From NCBI GenBank assembly GCA_951804945.1, contig OX638154.1, positions 52,018,001-52,082,000 of the forward strand: 64,000 nt of DNA. Direction: 5' to 3'. This document shows positions 27,813-42,339 of this stretch, piece after piece. The notes beneath the pieces were generated by a model that saw only the letters and a program-made list of their open reading frames with translations, had not been told where the DNA came from and made no database searches. Numbering within the stretch: the first letter of the stretch is position 1; each line of letters begins with the position of its first letter. The translations under genes were made by a program, and so were the position numbers. Origin of the DNA: Podarcis cretensis. Taxonomy: Eukaryota.

Positions 27813-30800
27813 CTCATCCGTGTCCCAAGTAGTTTCCCTTCCTTGTGCGCCCCATGCTGCTGTGCCCCTCCTGCTACCCCGGCTCCTGCTGCCTCTCACA
27901 GTCCACATTTTCTGGAACAGCCAGTGGTACTGGCTGAAGATTTGGCTCTGCAGGCTATGGGAGGTGCCCTCCTAGGTACATCTGTTCCATAGTGAAGGGG
28001 TGCATAGGAGCTAAAAGTTGTGATTTTTTGAGTTCCCTGAAACTTCACAAATGATTGGTTAATTAAAATTAATTATGGGAAATGTCTTGTACTGTGATTA
28101 ATAGTTGCTGTTTCTCTGTGGTGTGCCTGCTGTTCATCAAACTGCTCAATGCAGGGGTGGGCAAACTTCAGGCTTATCTGATTGTCTTTGTTTCTTTAAC
28201 TGGAATCCAAAATCTACTAACCAGGGGCAAAATAAAGATTATTATTTTTTTTTAGAAGGGGTTCCTCTGAGCCCATTTTGAATCCTAGGAATTGGTTTTC
28301 AGTACTAGAACGGAGCTCATAGTCCTTCTGCCCAAGTCTTCTCCTGCGTAACTTTCATCATTTCAGCGGCCAAATTTAGATGGGAAAGGTCATTTTGTTA
28401 CTTCCTTTAGACAACTGATAGTTGAAAAGCCCTGCTGGTTGATTGCAAATCACTCAGAGGTCTGATAGAGCCTGTGAGGTAGGTGCAAAGGCTGTAACTG
28501 GCCCAAGGTCACCCAGTGAGCTTCATGACTTGAGTGGGGATTTGAACCCTGAAGTTTTAAAGTGTTGTAAACTTTAAGGGTTTTTCCCCCCTTTATAATG
28601 TGGTATAGAAATGAAATTAATCATCATCAAACATCATCCCTGAGAAAGAAAATGAGACCTGGACATTCCATTGTGGCAGCCACAACCTAGGTTTAAATTA
28701 CCATTTAGCGATTAGCTTATATATCTTGAGTTTCTACACTGGACCCCCATGGATTGGAGGTTCCCTCTCCCAGGGTAAAGAGTATTCCTGCTACCTCTTC
28801 CCAGGGGTGGCTAGTTTTGCAGTCCTAGGACCATGAAGCATATTAATTTACAAAACTGTATTTGTATCCTATCTTGGGAGTTGCCAAAGGCAGCTTTCAG
28901 TTAAAGCAAAACTTAGCTGAAAATTAGAAGCCAGAGAGTCACATTGCAGAAGGGGAAACACTTCTTATGGTAGGATGAATCTAAAGATCTTATAGCTTAA
29001 GCCCTGAGCAGGATTTGCCATCTGTAATCCAATCCCATGCCAGCCTTACCTGGTAACTGTAAGGGTGGGAGGAAAGAGCTGGATTCCAGGCAGCAAAATT
29101 TGTTATTTTCCCTGCAAAGTTTAGATAGTCAAATGGGGGGGGTATTGTGATATATTCTTATTTTAAGGAATATATAAAAAAAAGAAAACTGATTCTGTTT
29201 GCTTGTTATTTCATTATTTACAGCAAGTCTTCACTGTTCTGATTGGCTCAGTGCTTTTGGAGAGCAACAGAGCTGTGCTTATTTTTCTACAGGAACTTAA
29301 AAAATTATGTGGCAGGGTGTTTAGTGTCACCTTTTGGGTTCCTTGCTGGGACAGAGCCCCACCCTGGGAGATTTCCTGAAACACTTTTGACAACTGTATA
29401 TTTAGCCTCTTTTCCACGTTTCCCACTACTCTGAGTAAAAACACTTGAATTTACATGTGTGAGCCATTCTGCTGTTTGTTCTGAAGGCAAAGATGCTCCT
29501 TTGGGACACTCTCGGCACTTCTCAATGACATAACTGGTGTTCATCTAAATAAAGCTTTTAAGAACATTGCTAGTGGGGCAAGATATGACCCATATAAGCT
29601 AGAGCAGGGCTACCAGATGGGGTTGCATGTTCCCTTGCTCTCCATAATTTGATTGTCAAACTGTAGCTTTATCAGCATGTGGTTATAAAAGTCATCAAAG
29701 GATAGAGAACATCATCTTTATGTTGATGATACCCCGATGCTCTCTCATAGGCTGACTGAAATGGATTCATTTAGTGTTTAAAAAATGATGTAGGTCAGGT
29801 GGTGGAAGAAGCCCTCCAGTAAATGGCTCTGTCAAGGACGTTTCCTTCAGTTCAGATCTGTACATGTTTTGATAGCTAGATGTGATGGCTTGTGTAAATT
29901 TAGAGGACATAGAGCCTCAAATTTCAGTTCAGCTTGATAACTGACAAGCCTAACATCTTGCTGTGGGGCAAAACGGATTTCAAAAGACAAACATTGTTTT
30001 GTCTAGTGCCACATACATTCTTTCCTGGTGATGTATTTACAAAATCTTTCCTATTTAAAACATATAGGACTATAACAATATGTCCAGAATAGCCTTAACA
30101 CAAACTGGAGTTGCTATAGGTGGGGATGAGGGATTTATTCTCCTAACCTTTAAGCTGCGCTACAAGACTTACCTGCTTTTGAATGCAGCCCGGTGGTCCC
30201 TACACAACATTTCTTAAGCACTGAGATATGCATAACAAGTCTCTTCAAGGTCTGCATCTCAGTTACTTGTGATGGCTTCGTTTGCCTGCAGTTCATACTC
30301 TTAATGTTCTTCTTATTGTGATTGCAGCTCGGGGGGGGGGCTTTTCTTTACATAGATAATAACTCAAAATTTGACCTGTACACGTAACCTCAGGTCCTTG
30401 ATTTTGCATACCCCACTTCTGTATACTTAAATACAGTCATTGGGTGAGCAGTCAGTATCACAAGATGAATCTTGATCCAAACAAAACACCTACATTCTGA
30501 TTGTCATATGTGAAATCATAGTAACTGTCACTGTTCCAAGAAATGGGCTAGTTTGGCTTTATTCTCATTGGAAATATGCTAGAGAAGTTGTGAGGGTTCC
30601 TTCAGATCAGGACAGGTTGCTGTTCTGTGGCATGAGTAGGGCCTGCTACACTGTAGCTCCACATTTCCCCCCTCAAAACATGTTGTGGTTACTCCCTTGA
30701 GGTGGCTTATCTTGCAGAGGCATAACCCTGGCGAGCCCATTGCTTTTTAGGAACCTTACACTGGCCTTGCGTGTTTCTGTGCTGCAGATAATTCTCTCTA

Positions 30801-33800
30801 TTTAACAAATGTGTGTCCTGCCCTGTCTGCTATGTGCCAGGCTGATGGTAATAAAAGCAGCTTAAAAGAAGAACAGATTCCGACTAGTGAGCAATGGAAG
30901 TGGCAGCACAATCAAATGCTTGAAAATAAAAACAGCAGCAAACTACAAAACACTTCAACTGATATTTAAAAGGCTAGGAAAATAAAAGTCTAGGAAATTA
31001 AAAGGCTATGTGCGTCACATCAAAAAGGCATTGTAGTTTGGCACTAGGTGTGCTTTCTTGGGAAAGCATTCCAGTGATGTGCTAAAATGGTGAAGGCCCT
31101 TTCTGTAGTCCCCACCTGCCACCTGCTGTGTTTTTTCCTACACTGAAATGGTGTTGCCTCCTAGCACTATGTTAGGAGCTGTTGTCCTCAGGAATCTTGC
31201 CACACCATTTTTCTGAGGGTGTTTCTTTCCTTAGTGCCATGAGGTCCTGTGTCTCATGTGGATGACCTCTGAGGCGGTGCAGACTGGGCCTGAGCCTACA
31301 GAAGGAGTGAAAGTGAAGTCCTCCATTTTTCCTCTCTAGGAGGCTTAAGTACAATCACAGTGCTTTTGCTGGCTTAGTGTTGGCTCCCTGGGTGATTCTG
31401 CCACATCCCTGCAAATCTGCTGTAAGATGGAGAAAATCCACTCACTTTGGATGTTTGTAGAGTGCCCGGCATAAGGAGCCAAGCTGGCTCATCAGACTAA
31501 TGAGCTGGCAGGGATCCTTGTAGCATCGTGGGTGGGTGTTGTGGGGAGAGTCTTCCAGGATATTTGTATCCTGGCTCCCACTTAATGAGCATGCAAGTTG
31601 CTGGGTGTGGTAGGAAGGTAAAGATTACCAGATCGAGGCACTAGGCTGGCATGCAAAGCTGTAAAGAAGAGCTGGGGAGCTTGACAGCTCTCACACAGAG
31701 AGAGAATAATAAACACATGAGCCCCGCAATATTGCACTGGGACTGAAGGAGCTCAGATGTGCTTGGGCAAGGATGTTGGCATGGCTTGCAGAGTGCCTGG
31801 AAGCACTGAACTCATTAGGTTACGTTACATGATAGTTGGAGGGGAAGGCTGGGTGGGGCTGGGTGGCTGAGAGGGAAGAAAAACAAAAGAAGCTCTTCGT
31901 TCAGAACTTACAGGGTTCTCCAAATTCTAGTGAGGAACAGACAATACTTCCTGATGATTCTTGAGGGTATTAGGGTGTGGAGATTTTGGAGGCTAGTGTT
32001 AATGGCACTGTCTTGGCAACAGCAGCATAGTCCTATTGGCAGAGGTTATAGTTCCCTGGAGGAAAAACGTGTTTTGCATGCAGAATGCCCCAGGTTCAAT
32101 AATTAGCATTTCCAACTGAAAAGATACCAAGTGGAGAAAAAGAAGAACCTTGGACTGCCTCTGCTAAGATAGACAGTGCTGTCTATTGTGAGTTCTTCCC
32201 AAGGCCTACCTGTGTAGTTGCAAGAACAGCCATTCTGAAGTGTAACATACAAACAAGTGGCATTTATTTGCTTGTCTCAGCTCAAAAATGTTCAGAGAGG
32301 GTGATGTTCTATCAGCCCTGCCATAGTTTACCCAAGTTAAAGTTCAATCCTATTTATTAAAGAAAAGGATACAGAGATGAAATAAAAAGAAAGATGCATT
32401 TGTATTAAATATATGTAACTATGACAATTTCATCATTCAAATTTCCTGGGCCTCTCACCACTGTTAACATGTAGCATGTCTGCCAAACCATATTCTCATT
32501 TAATGAGCTCCTTCTCTCCTAGAATGTCCTTTATGAAGAAGGCTCGGTTCATTTCACAGTTACCTGGAAATATATCCCAAAAGCATTCTATAGTACAGCT
32601 GGAAAGAGAAACTTTGGGAGGAAGGAGTCACAAATTGAACTGAACTGGTGGGGTGGGGGGCGGCAGCAGACAGACAGACCAAGACAGAGAACATTTGAAT
32701 GGTCCATGCCAGGTAGGAAGGTGACAGTGCACTAGCAGACACAGGTTGGATAACAGTCTCCTAAACATATGGACATTTTGGGAAACCCTAAGCAAGTTAA
32801 TACCTTGCTATAGCCGATGAGTTACATGTATGCTTTATTTTTATTTATTTTGCATATTTTGATTACTGATGTAGTGCTGGAAATGAAGAGCCCAAGTCTC
32901 TGGAGTTAGGCACATCTATACCCTACCAAATTCCATGGGTCTGATTATGCACCCCCTTATCCAAGTGATAGCTCAAAGTTCTTATTAATACAGAGCTTGC
33001 TTCAGGGAGAGGCAACTGCCACTTGCTGGGTTCTGTTCTACTCCAGCATGCCTAGAAGTGTGACTTCTGTGTGCCGCTTCTGTGGGCAGCATTGGCATCA
33101 CCCTATCATACCTTCGGCAGCATGAATTTCCCTTGCATCTCCACTTCATTTCCAAGTTGCCTAACCAAGCACCAACATGGTGACAGCCACATTTTACATT
33201 TCTGGCTATATAACCCTGCTGAGAGGCAGGTCCTGTGAAGCCATATTTAGTGGAAACATTCAGTTAGCGCTGTCCTGGGGCCTCAGTAGATGTGCTTATA
33301 AACTTGCCACCTGACCATTTATATGCCAAATTCAGAGAAGAGTGGAGAGGCATCAGGAAATGGAAGGACCTTCCCCATTGCTTTTGCAGTACCCTAGACT
33401 TGAAAGGAATCTTAAAAGCGAGATTTTTTATTATTATTATTCTAGAGAGCTGCAGATTGGAAGGAGGCCCAAACTTCCTTGTTTGTTGCATTTCACCAGT
33501 TGGGCTCAGGCTCCCTGATGGTTTTGGTTACCCTAAGTAACACCATATTCTAGCTTAAAACATGGCGGGCAGGACTAGTAAGTGGCCTATGATGAACCAC
33601 AGTGCCACAGAAAATGGGTCAGGGTGACGAGCTCTGTGGAAGGGACAGATGGGCCACCACCCTATCTTGCATGTCAAAAACTCACAACCACAGAAAACAT
33701 TAATTTTGGAATACCAACTAAATGCTCCTTCTTTTTTTGATGTGGCAACCCAACTCCTCCTGTTCGGTGTACCTTTGTAAGAGTGGGGCCTAGATTTCTG

Positions 33801-34259
33801 CGTGCCTGGACCCTGCGTACCTGGGAGCCCTGCTGCTAAGTTCAAAAGTGAGAAAAAGGAGTGGACTATTTAGAAGGGAGGGAGATGCATTCTGTATGCA
33901 GTCAAACCCGTTCCCTTGTTGCATCTTCACATGCTCCAGAGCCCACGACTGAAAACGTGTGTCCCCCATGGAGCTGAGCCCACAACGTTTAATATATGCG
34001 ATTCTATTTATTTTATTTGCAATATGGTGTGTACAGTTGACATTATGGGAAAATATCATGGCGACGAACAGCATAAAATCAACAATAACATGAGATTCAC
34101 AAAACAAGTACGAAATACATCACAGATCGGCAGAGAAGGTCAATACATCGCCGCTTCACCCCTCAGGTGAGCATCATCACCACTGGGTGATGAGATTCAT
34201 GCCTTGGCTGGAGTGCGTGTGTGATGAATGGGTACTCCCCACCCCACCCCCTAGGATCT

Positions 34260-35260
34260 TCTCCTCTGATCGGGACGGAGAGCCGGCGAGGAACCTGTGA
34301 TCTCCACCAATCCCGCTCTCTCCGCGTTCCCTAATCTCCCACGTGACTTCTTGGAGAGCAGCCCCCCGTCCTGTTGCACTAAACGGGGCTGACGAGGGCG
34401 GCGGCGGCGGCGGCGGAGACGGCGGCCCGGGGAGCGGGCTGGCTGGCTGGGAATGGCTGGCCGGAGCTGGCAGGGGCGGTGCTGAGCGCGCAGGAGGCGG
34501 AGCTGCCGGCGCGCCCAAGCAGGCCTGATCCGCTCCCCGGTGTGGGCGCCGCTCATCGTCCTGCCTGGGCTCCGCTGTGCTGCCCGGGATGGGGCGCAGG
34601 AGCCGCTGTTGCAGCTGGCCGGGCAGCCGCCCGCTCTGAGGCCGGGCCGGGCTGGGCTGGGGCCGGGGGAGCCGCCGCGCCGTCCCCTGAGCCGCCCGGC
34701 CCGGGCGCCGAGAGACAGCGGCACCACGAGCGCACGGCGCGGCCGGGAACAAGCAGGCGGTGAGCTGGAGCGAGCGGGGCCGAGCCGGGGAGGGAGTCCG
34801 CTGCTCGGGCGCGGGGAGCCCAGAGGGGCTGCACCCATCGCGGGCGGGCGGGTGGGCGAAGAGAGAGACCCTGCCTTTGCGGCCGCCAGCCTCCTTTTGT
34901 TGTGGAGAAGGGGCTGGGTGTGTTCCCAGCAGGTCTGGCTCACACGGCTCCTCTCGGCGCCTCCATCACCTGCACCCACCTCCGGGGTTCAGGGGCGCAT
35001 CCCTAGGCGGGGCGCTTCCTCCGGCACCTCAGCCATGTTTCGTCTGATCAGCCACTCCTGGGCAAACGGGGCATTGTGTGGGCCGAGGGGCTTGGGCATA
35101 GGTGTGTCGAGAGGCGCTGATGGATGCTCTCGCGTGTACCAGTTCTCGGTGGTGTGCAGCGTAGATGCGTGTCTCTAGATAACAGTTGTGCACGGATGTC
35201 TGTTTACAAGCAGGTACGTGGGCGAGAGTAAAGGTGTGCCTCTGTCTGTCTGCGCGTATC
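34260..35260. promoter_or_regulatory. B4GALT2: CpG-island promoter and non-coding exon 1 of B4GALT2
   Basis: Very GC/CpG-rich, with CCAAT, a CACGTGAC E-box and (GGC)6. Donor GCG|GTGAGC at 34759/34760. Acceptor for the first coding exon at 42272/42273. Confidence 0.75.
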
Positions 35261-38200
35261 TCTAGGATGCTGGCACTTGAGCCCCTCCCCCAGCCAGCCT
35301 TGCTCCCCCTCCCCCAAGATGGCTCCTGCACAATCCCCAAGGCGCTTCTTCGAGCAGAGAAAGGCTGGGGCTGGGGCTGGGCCGCCTGGGAATTGGGGAG
35401 GGGGGCGCTCTGGCACCTGCTGCACAAGCTTGTTCTCAGCCCCTCCGCCTCTGGGCCGGATCACTTTTGAGGTTCTTCTACCCGTTTGAGGTTCCTGACA
35501 AGACGGGGGATTTCCTGTTCCAGGCAGGGGGATCCGTGGAGAAACAATGTAGCCTTTCTCTTAGGAAAAGGGAAGGGGCAGCTGCTTTTAGGAACGAGGG
35601 GCCTCACAGCCAAGGCAGCCCAGGCGGAAAATAATGGAGCTTGTATATGTTTACCAGGCTGTGTGCTCTGTGTGGAACAGAATGGCCTTGTTGCTGTCTT
35701 TTGGATCAGTTTTGCAAAAAAAGAAGAAGAGAGGAATAAACACACACACAACAGCAACCCTTGGCTGGCATCCACTTACCTTTCCCAGAGCTTCCCCATG
35801 GGCTTCTCTTCAGCCAACTGGTTTTGTTGCCCCTTGGGAGCCCATGTGGGACTAGGGGCTAGCACTATATATAGCCTAGAAATGTGTGTGCCTGGGAAGC
35901 AGGGGGCTCCGTGCTGCCTGTGCCTTCCTGCAGGCACCATTTACGAATGTTTCACTTTCCTGTTTTCACAGATAGGTAGATAGGTAACTTTCCAAAACAG
36001 GTAACTGTTAGGGATGCTTATGCCAAGTCAGGTCAGCAAGGAACATTATTGACCCGAGACTATGTTTTCTGACTCCAGTTAAAACCTGGATATTTTTTAA
36101 TGCCCACAAATTGTATAAACATTGGTGTCTGCTCTCTGGTGATCATCAGGCAGAAGACAAGACTGAATTTCCAGATAAATTATTCACAGCCAAGGAGCAG
36201 CCCAGCTGCAGTCTGGCTCCATTAGTGGATTGTTAACATTGCAAAAGCCCATCTCTCCAGCTTTGCTAACTTGTATTTTGCACAGCTTGCCTGCACTCTG
36301 TTTGTACAATGGGATATCCAGCTACATACTTAATCGAGGGGAAAGGAATGGAGAGACTCCTGTGAGGGAAAACACAGGCAGACCTGGGATGCCATCTCAT
36401 TTAAGAGGCTGCTGTAGATAATATCCTAGGAATAAGATGGTGGCTAATGGGCTCCTGCAATGTGTACTAGCTTCACAAATAGTCTTTCTTGCCCCAGAGA
36501 TGAGCTGTCTCTGACACACGGGCCAAGTTGCCACTTAAGCAGTTTCTGACTTCTGCCTCTGTTTCTCATCCTCTTGTGTGAGAGGAGGCCAGGGCTTTTC
36601 TTGAATGCAGTGGATGTAGGTTGGCAAAGGAAGTATCTGAGGATGAACTCGGGGACCAGCAAAGCTCCTGGGAGGAGATAATTATATTCCTTTGGCACCC
36701 ACTCCACTAGCCAGAGTGCAGCAAAGCCATAATTTTGAAGGAATTACATGATGGACTACAACTTTACCAGGCCCAGCTAGCATGTGCCATCTAGGGCTGT
36801 TTGGGAGTTATAGTTCAAAACTTTGGAGGGTGCTATGTTGACAAGGGTTGCTTTAGGACAAGAGACATCTGCTTGACAGGTAAAACATAGTGGTTCTAAG
36901 ATGCCAATGTGTATCCACATATTCTGTTTTGAGATATTTTGTTCCTTAAGAGGAGCCATCTTATTGTGAACAAGGATGTGTCTGGACTGGTTTTCTTAAT
37001 CTTCAGGTTCCCAGTGGCAGACTTTGGATCCCCAAATTTCAGTGGCACCCTGTGTGATGCTATACTTTGGTTCCCCCCTCTCATGCCCCATTCTACATCA
37101 CTGTTGTGGTGCCCCCCTGTGGTGCCAGTGCCTAGTGCGGCCAAACTGGCTGCACTACCTTAAAACTACCTCTGAGGTTCCCCACACCCTTCCATTTAAG
37201 CAAGGCCTTGTTATCTTCACCACGAATAGAGCAAACTCTGGTGAGGTTATTCATCCAGCAGACTCAGCAAGGCACTGGGATGCTGTCCTGGCACACGTTC
37301 TGAGAAATGGCTACTTTTGAGATTCCAGCTCTGCAATGTGCTTGGAGTAGAGCAAGTGCACCTGGCCCATTGCGAACCATTAGGAAGCTACATGGCCCTG
37401 AGACCAGTGTGATGTGCTCTGCAGCCCGCTTCTGCTTGGAGCATGACCCATATACAGCAGTGGTGCTGGTGTCAGTTGGTTTGGCAAGGAAGCTGCAAAA
37501 TTGTACGGGGCTTCATTCATTCCCTGAACCATCAGAATGCCCCTGGCTATGTTGTCTTCTGCTCTTGATCTCTCCTTAGTGTATGCTTTGTTGGGTGTGC
37601 CGTAGTGGCAGGTGAGATGTGTGAATCTCTGGAATGGGAATTGTTGCATCAGCTCAGATGTTTATATTGTTCCTCTCATTGCACTTTCCTCGCTGTGTCC
37701 TGGAGCAAGTAAGCGGGGTGTTTGGGACATGCAAGGTTAAAATTAAATGAGAGTGCCTTATAAATCCTTTTTCCACTCTGCTGCATTCACAATAAACATA
37801 CTTAGGGGCATTACTAGGACCTTAAAATACTCAGTGCACATGCCCATGATATATATTTGCATATGTTAATTTCCGTTCATGTGTAGGTGTAAATTTAGGC
37901 TCCCTTTCAAAGGGAAAGCTAGCCTGCAAGCAAAATGGTTTTGAAAAAAAAAAGAGAGGGGGGCAAGAGATCTAGGACCTAGTGCAAAAGATCCAGGACT
38001 CAAGACTTCTGTTCTATCCCCCATATAATGTCCCAGCATGTATTTCAGAAGTTGTGAAAAGCTGTGGTTTGTGTTCCAGGGTGAACACTGTCGTTTTAGT
38101 TCAACTCTTTTCAACCCCTAGCTCACAGCTAATATAAAAACTCCCTGCACATAGAAATGTGCGTGTCTGGGAGAAATCCATGCTTTCCCTGACATTTACA

Positions 38201-38709
38201 TTACTTTGTGGGTGCATTTTTCCCCATGGGAAAGCATTCAACCTCACTCCAAACCTTCAGGTCAGATGATAGAGCTTTAGGAAGAGTGTTACAGTTCAAT
38301 CTGTTGGTTGTGTGATCTAGACCTGGATGAAGTAAAGATTCCTGTCCGTTAGGGTTGCATCCAAAGCAGCATCAACAGAGTCCTGCTGACAACAGTGGCA
38401 CTTCTGTTTCTTCTCCTACCCCTGGTGTTCCCCCAAAATCTTCTCCAGAGGGTTCCCCAATCCTCCAGAGCTGATTTTGAGAGTGTATGTGGAGCTGAAT
38501 GGGAGAGGAGGTTCCATTCCATTAGCACAAGGTCTTTTGTACCAGTGGAACAGGAGCGTTGGACACTGCCCACAGTCGTCGTGAATTTGGAGGCAGAAGG
38601 AAGTAGTGATGATCAACTGATTGTTGTAAAATGAATACAGGAGTGTTTTCTTGTGCATGCATATTTTGGAAAGAGTGACTACTCCCACACCCACCACCAA
38701 AAATTTATT

Positions 38710-38862
38710 CTGACAGCTCAATTAAAAGAGCCTGAGACTCATAATCTCAGGGTCATAATCAAGGGTTCAAGCCCCATGTTGGGTGAAAGATTCCATTGCA
38801 GGTGGTTGGACCAGAATAGATGATCCTCGTGGTCCCTTCCAACTCTACAATTCTATGATTCT
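38710..38862 (+). mobile_element. tRNA-Lys-derived SINE with CR1-type 3' tail
   Basis: Head agctca..agagcctgagactcataatctcagggtc..gggttcaagccccatgttgggtg resembles tRNA-Lys(CTT). Tail ggtcccttccaactct..ttctatgattct is the CR1 3' end. Confidence 0.75.
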
Positions 38863-39273
38863 GTTATTCACTGCCTCCCCATGTAAGGAGAGAGTTATTG
38901 GCTTCTTCCCTTTTTGTGAGGGTCATAGAACTCTATAGTGCAGTAGTAAGGCAGAAAGTCTGCTGTTTCAGTCACAAAGGATGAAAGAGATTTTATGGGA
39001 TTAAGGTATGTGGGTGAATGTACTGAATATGCAGCTGTCTGACGTGCTAAATGCTTTGTGATTAGCCCAGCATTTGCTTGAATGAAACAGCTTATTATAA
39101 CTTTCCTCTGTATTAAGCTGAGAGCTTTGTCCTGGTGCCTGAAGTAGTTACTTGAAAACTCCTATTTCCTTCCATCAATGGCAGTGAGTGCAGTGAAATG
39201 TTTGACTTTGGCATAAGGTAAGACTCCAAATAAATAAACCTATTGTTATAGAGACTTTATTCTTCTTCTAACA

Positions 39274-39408
39274 CAGGGATGCAGAACCCCTGGCCCTCCA
39301 GATGTTTCTGAACTACCCATCAGCCCCAGCGCAGAAATGGACAGTGGACAGGGATGATGGGTGTTGTATTTCAGCAACATCAGGAGGGCCAAAAGTTCTC
39401 CACCCCTG
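39274..39408. mobile_element. Palindromic hAT MITE (same family as 10324-10459)
   Basis: CAGGG...CCCTG ends, ggccctccagatgt / acatcaggagggcc arms, 8-bp TSD TTCTAACA (39266-39273, 39409-39416). Confidence 0.85.
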
Positions 39409-40827
39409 TTCTAACAAAACCTACTTACACACAGTCCCATGTTCAGTACTTCCTAACATTTCAAACAGCTAGAATGAATTAAAGGAGCAGGTTTATTATT
39501 ATTTTTAAGCTGATATTTCATGCACAGTAACTTGAGATGATGATGATGATTATATATTTATACCCTGCACTTTTCCCTCACAGGGATTGTGAAGGTCTAG
39601 GCGGGGAAACAAAAATATTTGGAGGGGATACCCAGTTCCACACCAAAAAGCCTTACCCTGCCCCCTAAAGTGAAAAAATAGGCTTATGAAACATTTTCTT
39701 TTGGAATGGTGGATAGAGTTTTACTCCCCAAAATGATTTCTAAAAACTTCATAATAGAAAGACTTTTATGTAAGACTTCGTACAGTACAAGATCCTTACA
39801 ATATTATTCCTGTACACTTAGAATAAGCAGGTCATGAGTTGCACACTGAAAGCACAATTCTCAAATGCAAAAGCAAGTTGCATTGCTACCTCTGTGAGGC
39901 ACTGCAATTGACATGTGAAAGATTCAGTTACTTTGCTTGTGGGCTTCCTCTTGTTGGCACAGTTGTTAGGTTTGTTTCTGTGCTCTTGCCTGGGCCTCAA
40001 AGGACTGTGGGTGTGAGTGGAGAAAGTAGAGGTTTTAGAAGTCTCTGATAAATATGATGACAGATATTAAGAAGCGGAAACTGATGGCAATAGCTCTGAA
40101 AATGAGACTGATTAAATTCCATGTAGTATCCATTGAGTCTTGGTCACCCTCTTTTCCCCTCTCAGTTCTTTTTATGGAATTGAGTGCTTTATGTCTGCTT
40201 GACACTGGAGGTCTGGAGGAGAAAATAATATTCTTTGTCTTGCTATAATGTTGATGATTTATTCTCTCTGTATAGTGTTTTGCCTGCTCCTCATAAACTG
40301 GTAGAACCAAAGAGATGCTAGGTTCCTTACAGCCTTCTTGACCATTTGGCCCACTATTGGTCTCTTCTGCTGAACATAATGGAGCCTGTCTTTGCATACA
40401 GGGAAAGTCCTTAACTTACTGAGGATTTGAGATCCATTGGCCACCCTTACCTGGTTTAGCCAGCCAGTTGAAGCCATTTCCTGGAGTCTGCCACTGTCAC
40501 ATTCTGACAGCCTATAGGAGCCACAGGTGAGAGCTGAGTGCAGGGTGGGAACCAAATGTGGACAAACTTTCCCAGAAAGAGCTTTACAAGTCCCCTGCCA
40601 GAGGTACTCCTCCTCCCCTAACACCCCTCAATCTGCATAGTGCATTAAAAAAGTATTGCAAATGTTTCAGGGTCCCCAGAAATGTCTGTTTTGAGGTAGT
40701 GGTGGGAAAAACCCTGGGTTTTTAAATCATGGCTTCAATATTTCCAGAAAATTTACTTCTCTAGTTAGACCTTAGACTCCTTGGGAATCCTGAGAGTGCC
40801 ATCCTAACCATTCCTATTCAGAAGTAA

Positions 40828-41174
40828 AGGGACCCTTGACCATTAGGTCCAGTCAGGTACAACTCTGGGGTTGCAGCGCTCATCTCGCTCTATAGGCCAA
40901 GGGAGCCAGTGTTTGTCTGCAGACAGCTTCCAGGTCATGTGGCCAGCATGACTAAGCCGCTTCTGGCAAAACCAGAGCAGCGTAAGGAAAGTCGTTTACC
41001 TTCCTGCCGGAGCAGTACCTATTTATCTACTTGCACTTTGATGTGCTTTCAACAGCCTATAGGAGCTGGAACCGAACAACAGGAGCTCACCCCATTGTGG
41101 GGATTCAAACTGCCGACCTTCCGATTGGCAAGCCCTAGGGTCAGTGGTTTAGACCACAGCGCTCACGCGTCCTT
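40828..41174 (-). mobile_element. Sauria-type SINE, older subfamily, antisense in B4GALT2 intron 1
   Basis: Reverse-complement similarity to 57197-57558 (cctatttatctacttgcac, ggcaagccctagg, ccacagcgc). 14-bp TSD CTATTCAGAAGTAA (40814-40827, 41175-41188). Confidence 0.88.
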
Positions 41175-42339
41175 CTATTCAGAAGTAAGTCGTATTAAAC
41201 ACAGTGGGGCTTACTCAGATAACTGGGGCTAGGAGTGCAGCCCTGCTCTGCGTTCTGTTCTTTCTGCCTGCTTTCTGCTATTATCCTACAAATTCGTTCT
41301 CACAGATGGGGGGGGGGGGGGGAGAGAGATCCTGCTGATAAGGATAAGATCAGATACTCTTCACATGTGTGCAATTGTGCCTTAGATCCAGCTTGCCTTT
41401 TTTTATCCCCTCCACACACACAAAAGGGACTCCAGCATGGGATGGCAGGATTTCAAAGTGAAAGTGGAACAGCCCCTCTTAAATAAAGCTCCTGTTGAGA
41501 ATTGTTCCCTTCCAAATGCTGTGGAACTGATGCCTTTTTCTGATAAGAGGTGTGATGATGGGTGATTGATCTGTGTTATCTGTCATGTCTGTGTGTGCAG
41601 GATGTAGGTCTTTGAGGGAGCAAAGGATAATTGAATACAGAAAAGGGGGTGTAGGGGGTGCTGGTCTGGTGTGGTAAAGGTCTAGTTCCAGAGCTGGTAT
41701 CTGAATTGCTGTTGGAGAGATAAGACAGGCCCTGATCCCTGGAAAGGGATGCAGTGCCTAACTTGGATCATTCCCCTCTTGATTCCTGTGTCTGCCCTCC
41801 CCAAAGCTCAAGGGACATCTGCCCTTCTTTCATTTCTGATGTTAAGGGCAGGAGGATATCAGTGCTGGCAAGTGGGAAGCCCTCTCCTTCCTTCTTAATA
41901 ACCCCTTGTTGAGTGCCAGCCCTTCATCTCTTTTGTTTTTGTTTCTTTGGCTGGGCTGCTTCTTGCCCATTTGCCAACATTTCTTTATAGGGGGAGATAG
42001 AATGTCAGGAGAGTTATTAGATTGAAAAAGCTCATCTACTTAGACTGGAATCAATGCCATAGTGTAAGCATGCATAGTCATTCTGCAGGTTGTGGGTGAT
42101 GGTAGTGATAGGATGGCCACCCTTTCCCCATGAAACATGCCCAAAATTTGTGGGGAAGACCGAAGGGGTAGTACTTGCTTGCCTTTAACACACTGTGCTC
42201 TTATGAGAGTGTTTGGTGGGTGCTGCAGGTAGGGAAGGTGTATTTGCTGACCCCTCCATCTTTCCCAAACAGGCTTGGTGCCTGGGCCAGAGCCCCCTAC
42301 ACTGTGCCCCCCTGATGCTGGCTGGCCTGTGCCCAGAAG

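Noticed and set aside
34177-35489. Cluster of long overlapping ORFs (up to 242 aa) on both strands
   Set aside because: Low-complexity Pro/Ala/Gly/Arg translations typical of stop-poor CpG islands; this is the B4GALT2 promoter and non-coding exon.
38710-38785. Functional tRNA gene
   Set aside because: The D arm is damaged, there is an insertion before the T arm, and it runs into a CR1-type tail, so it is a SINE head.
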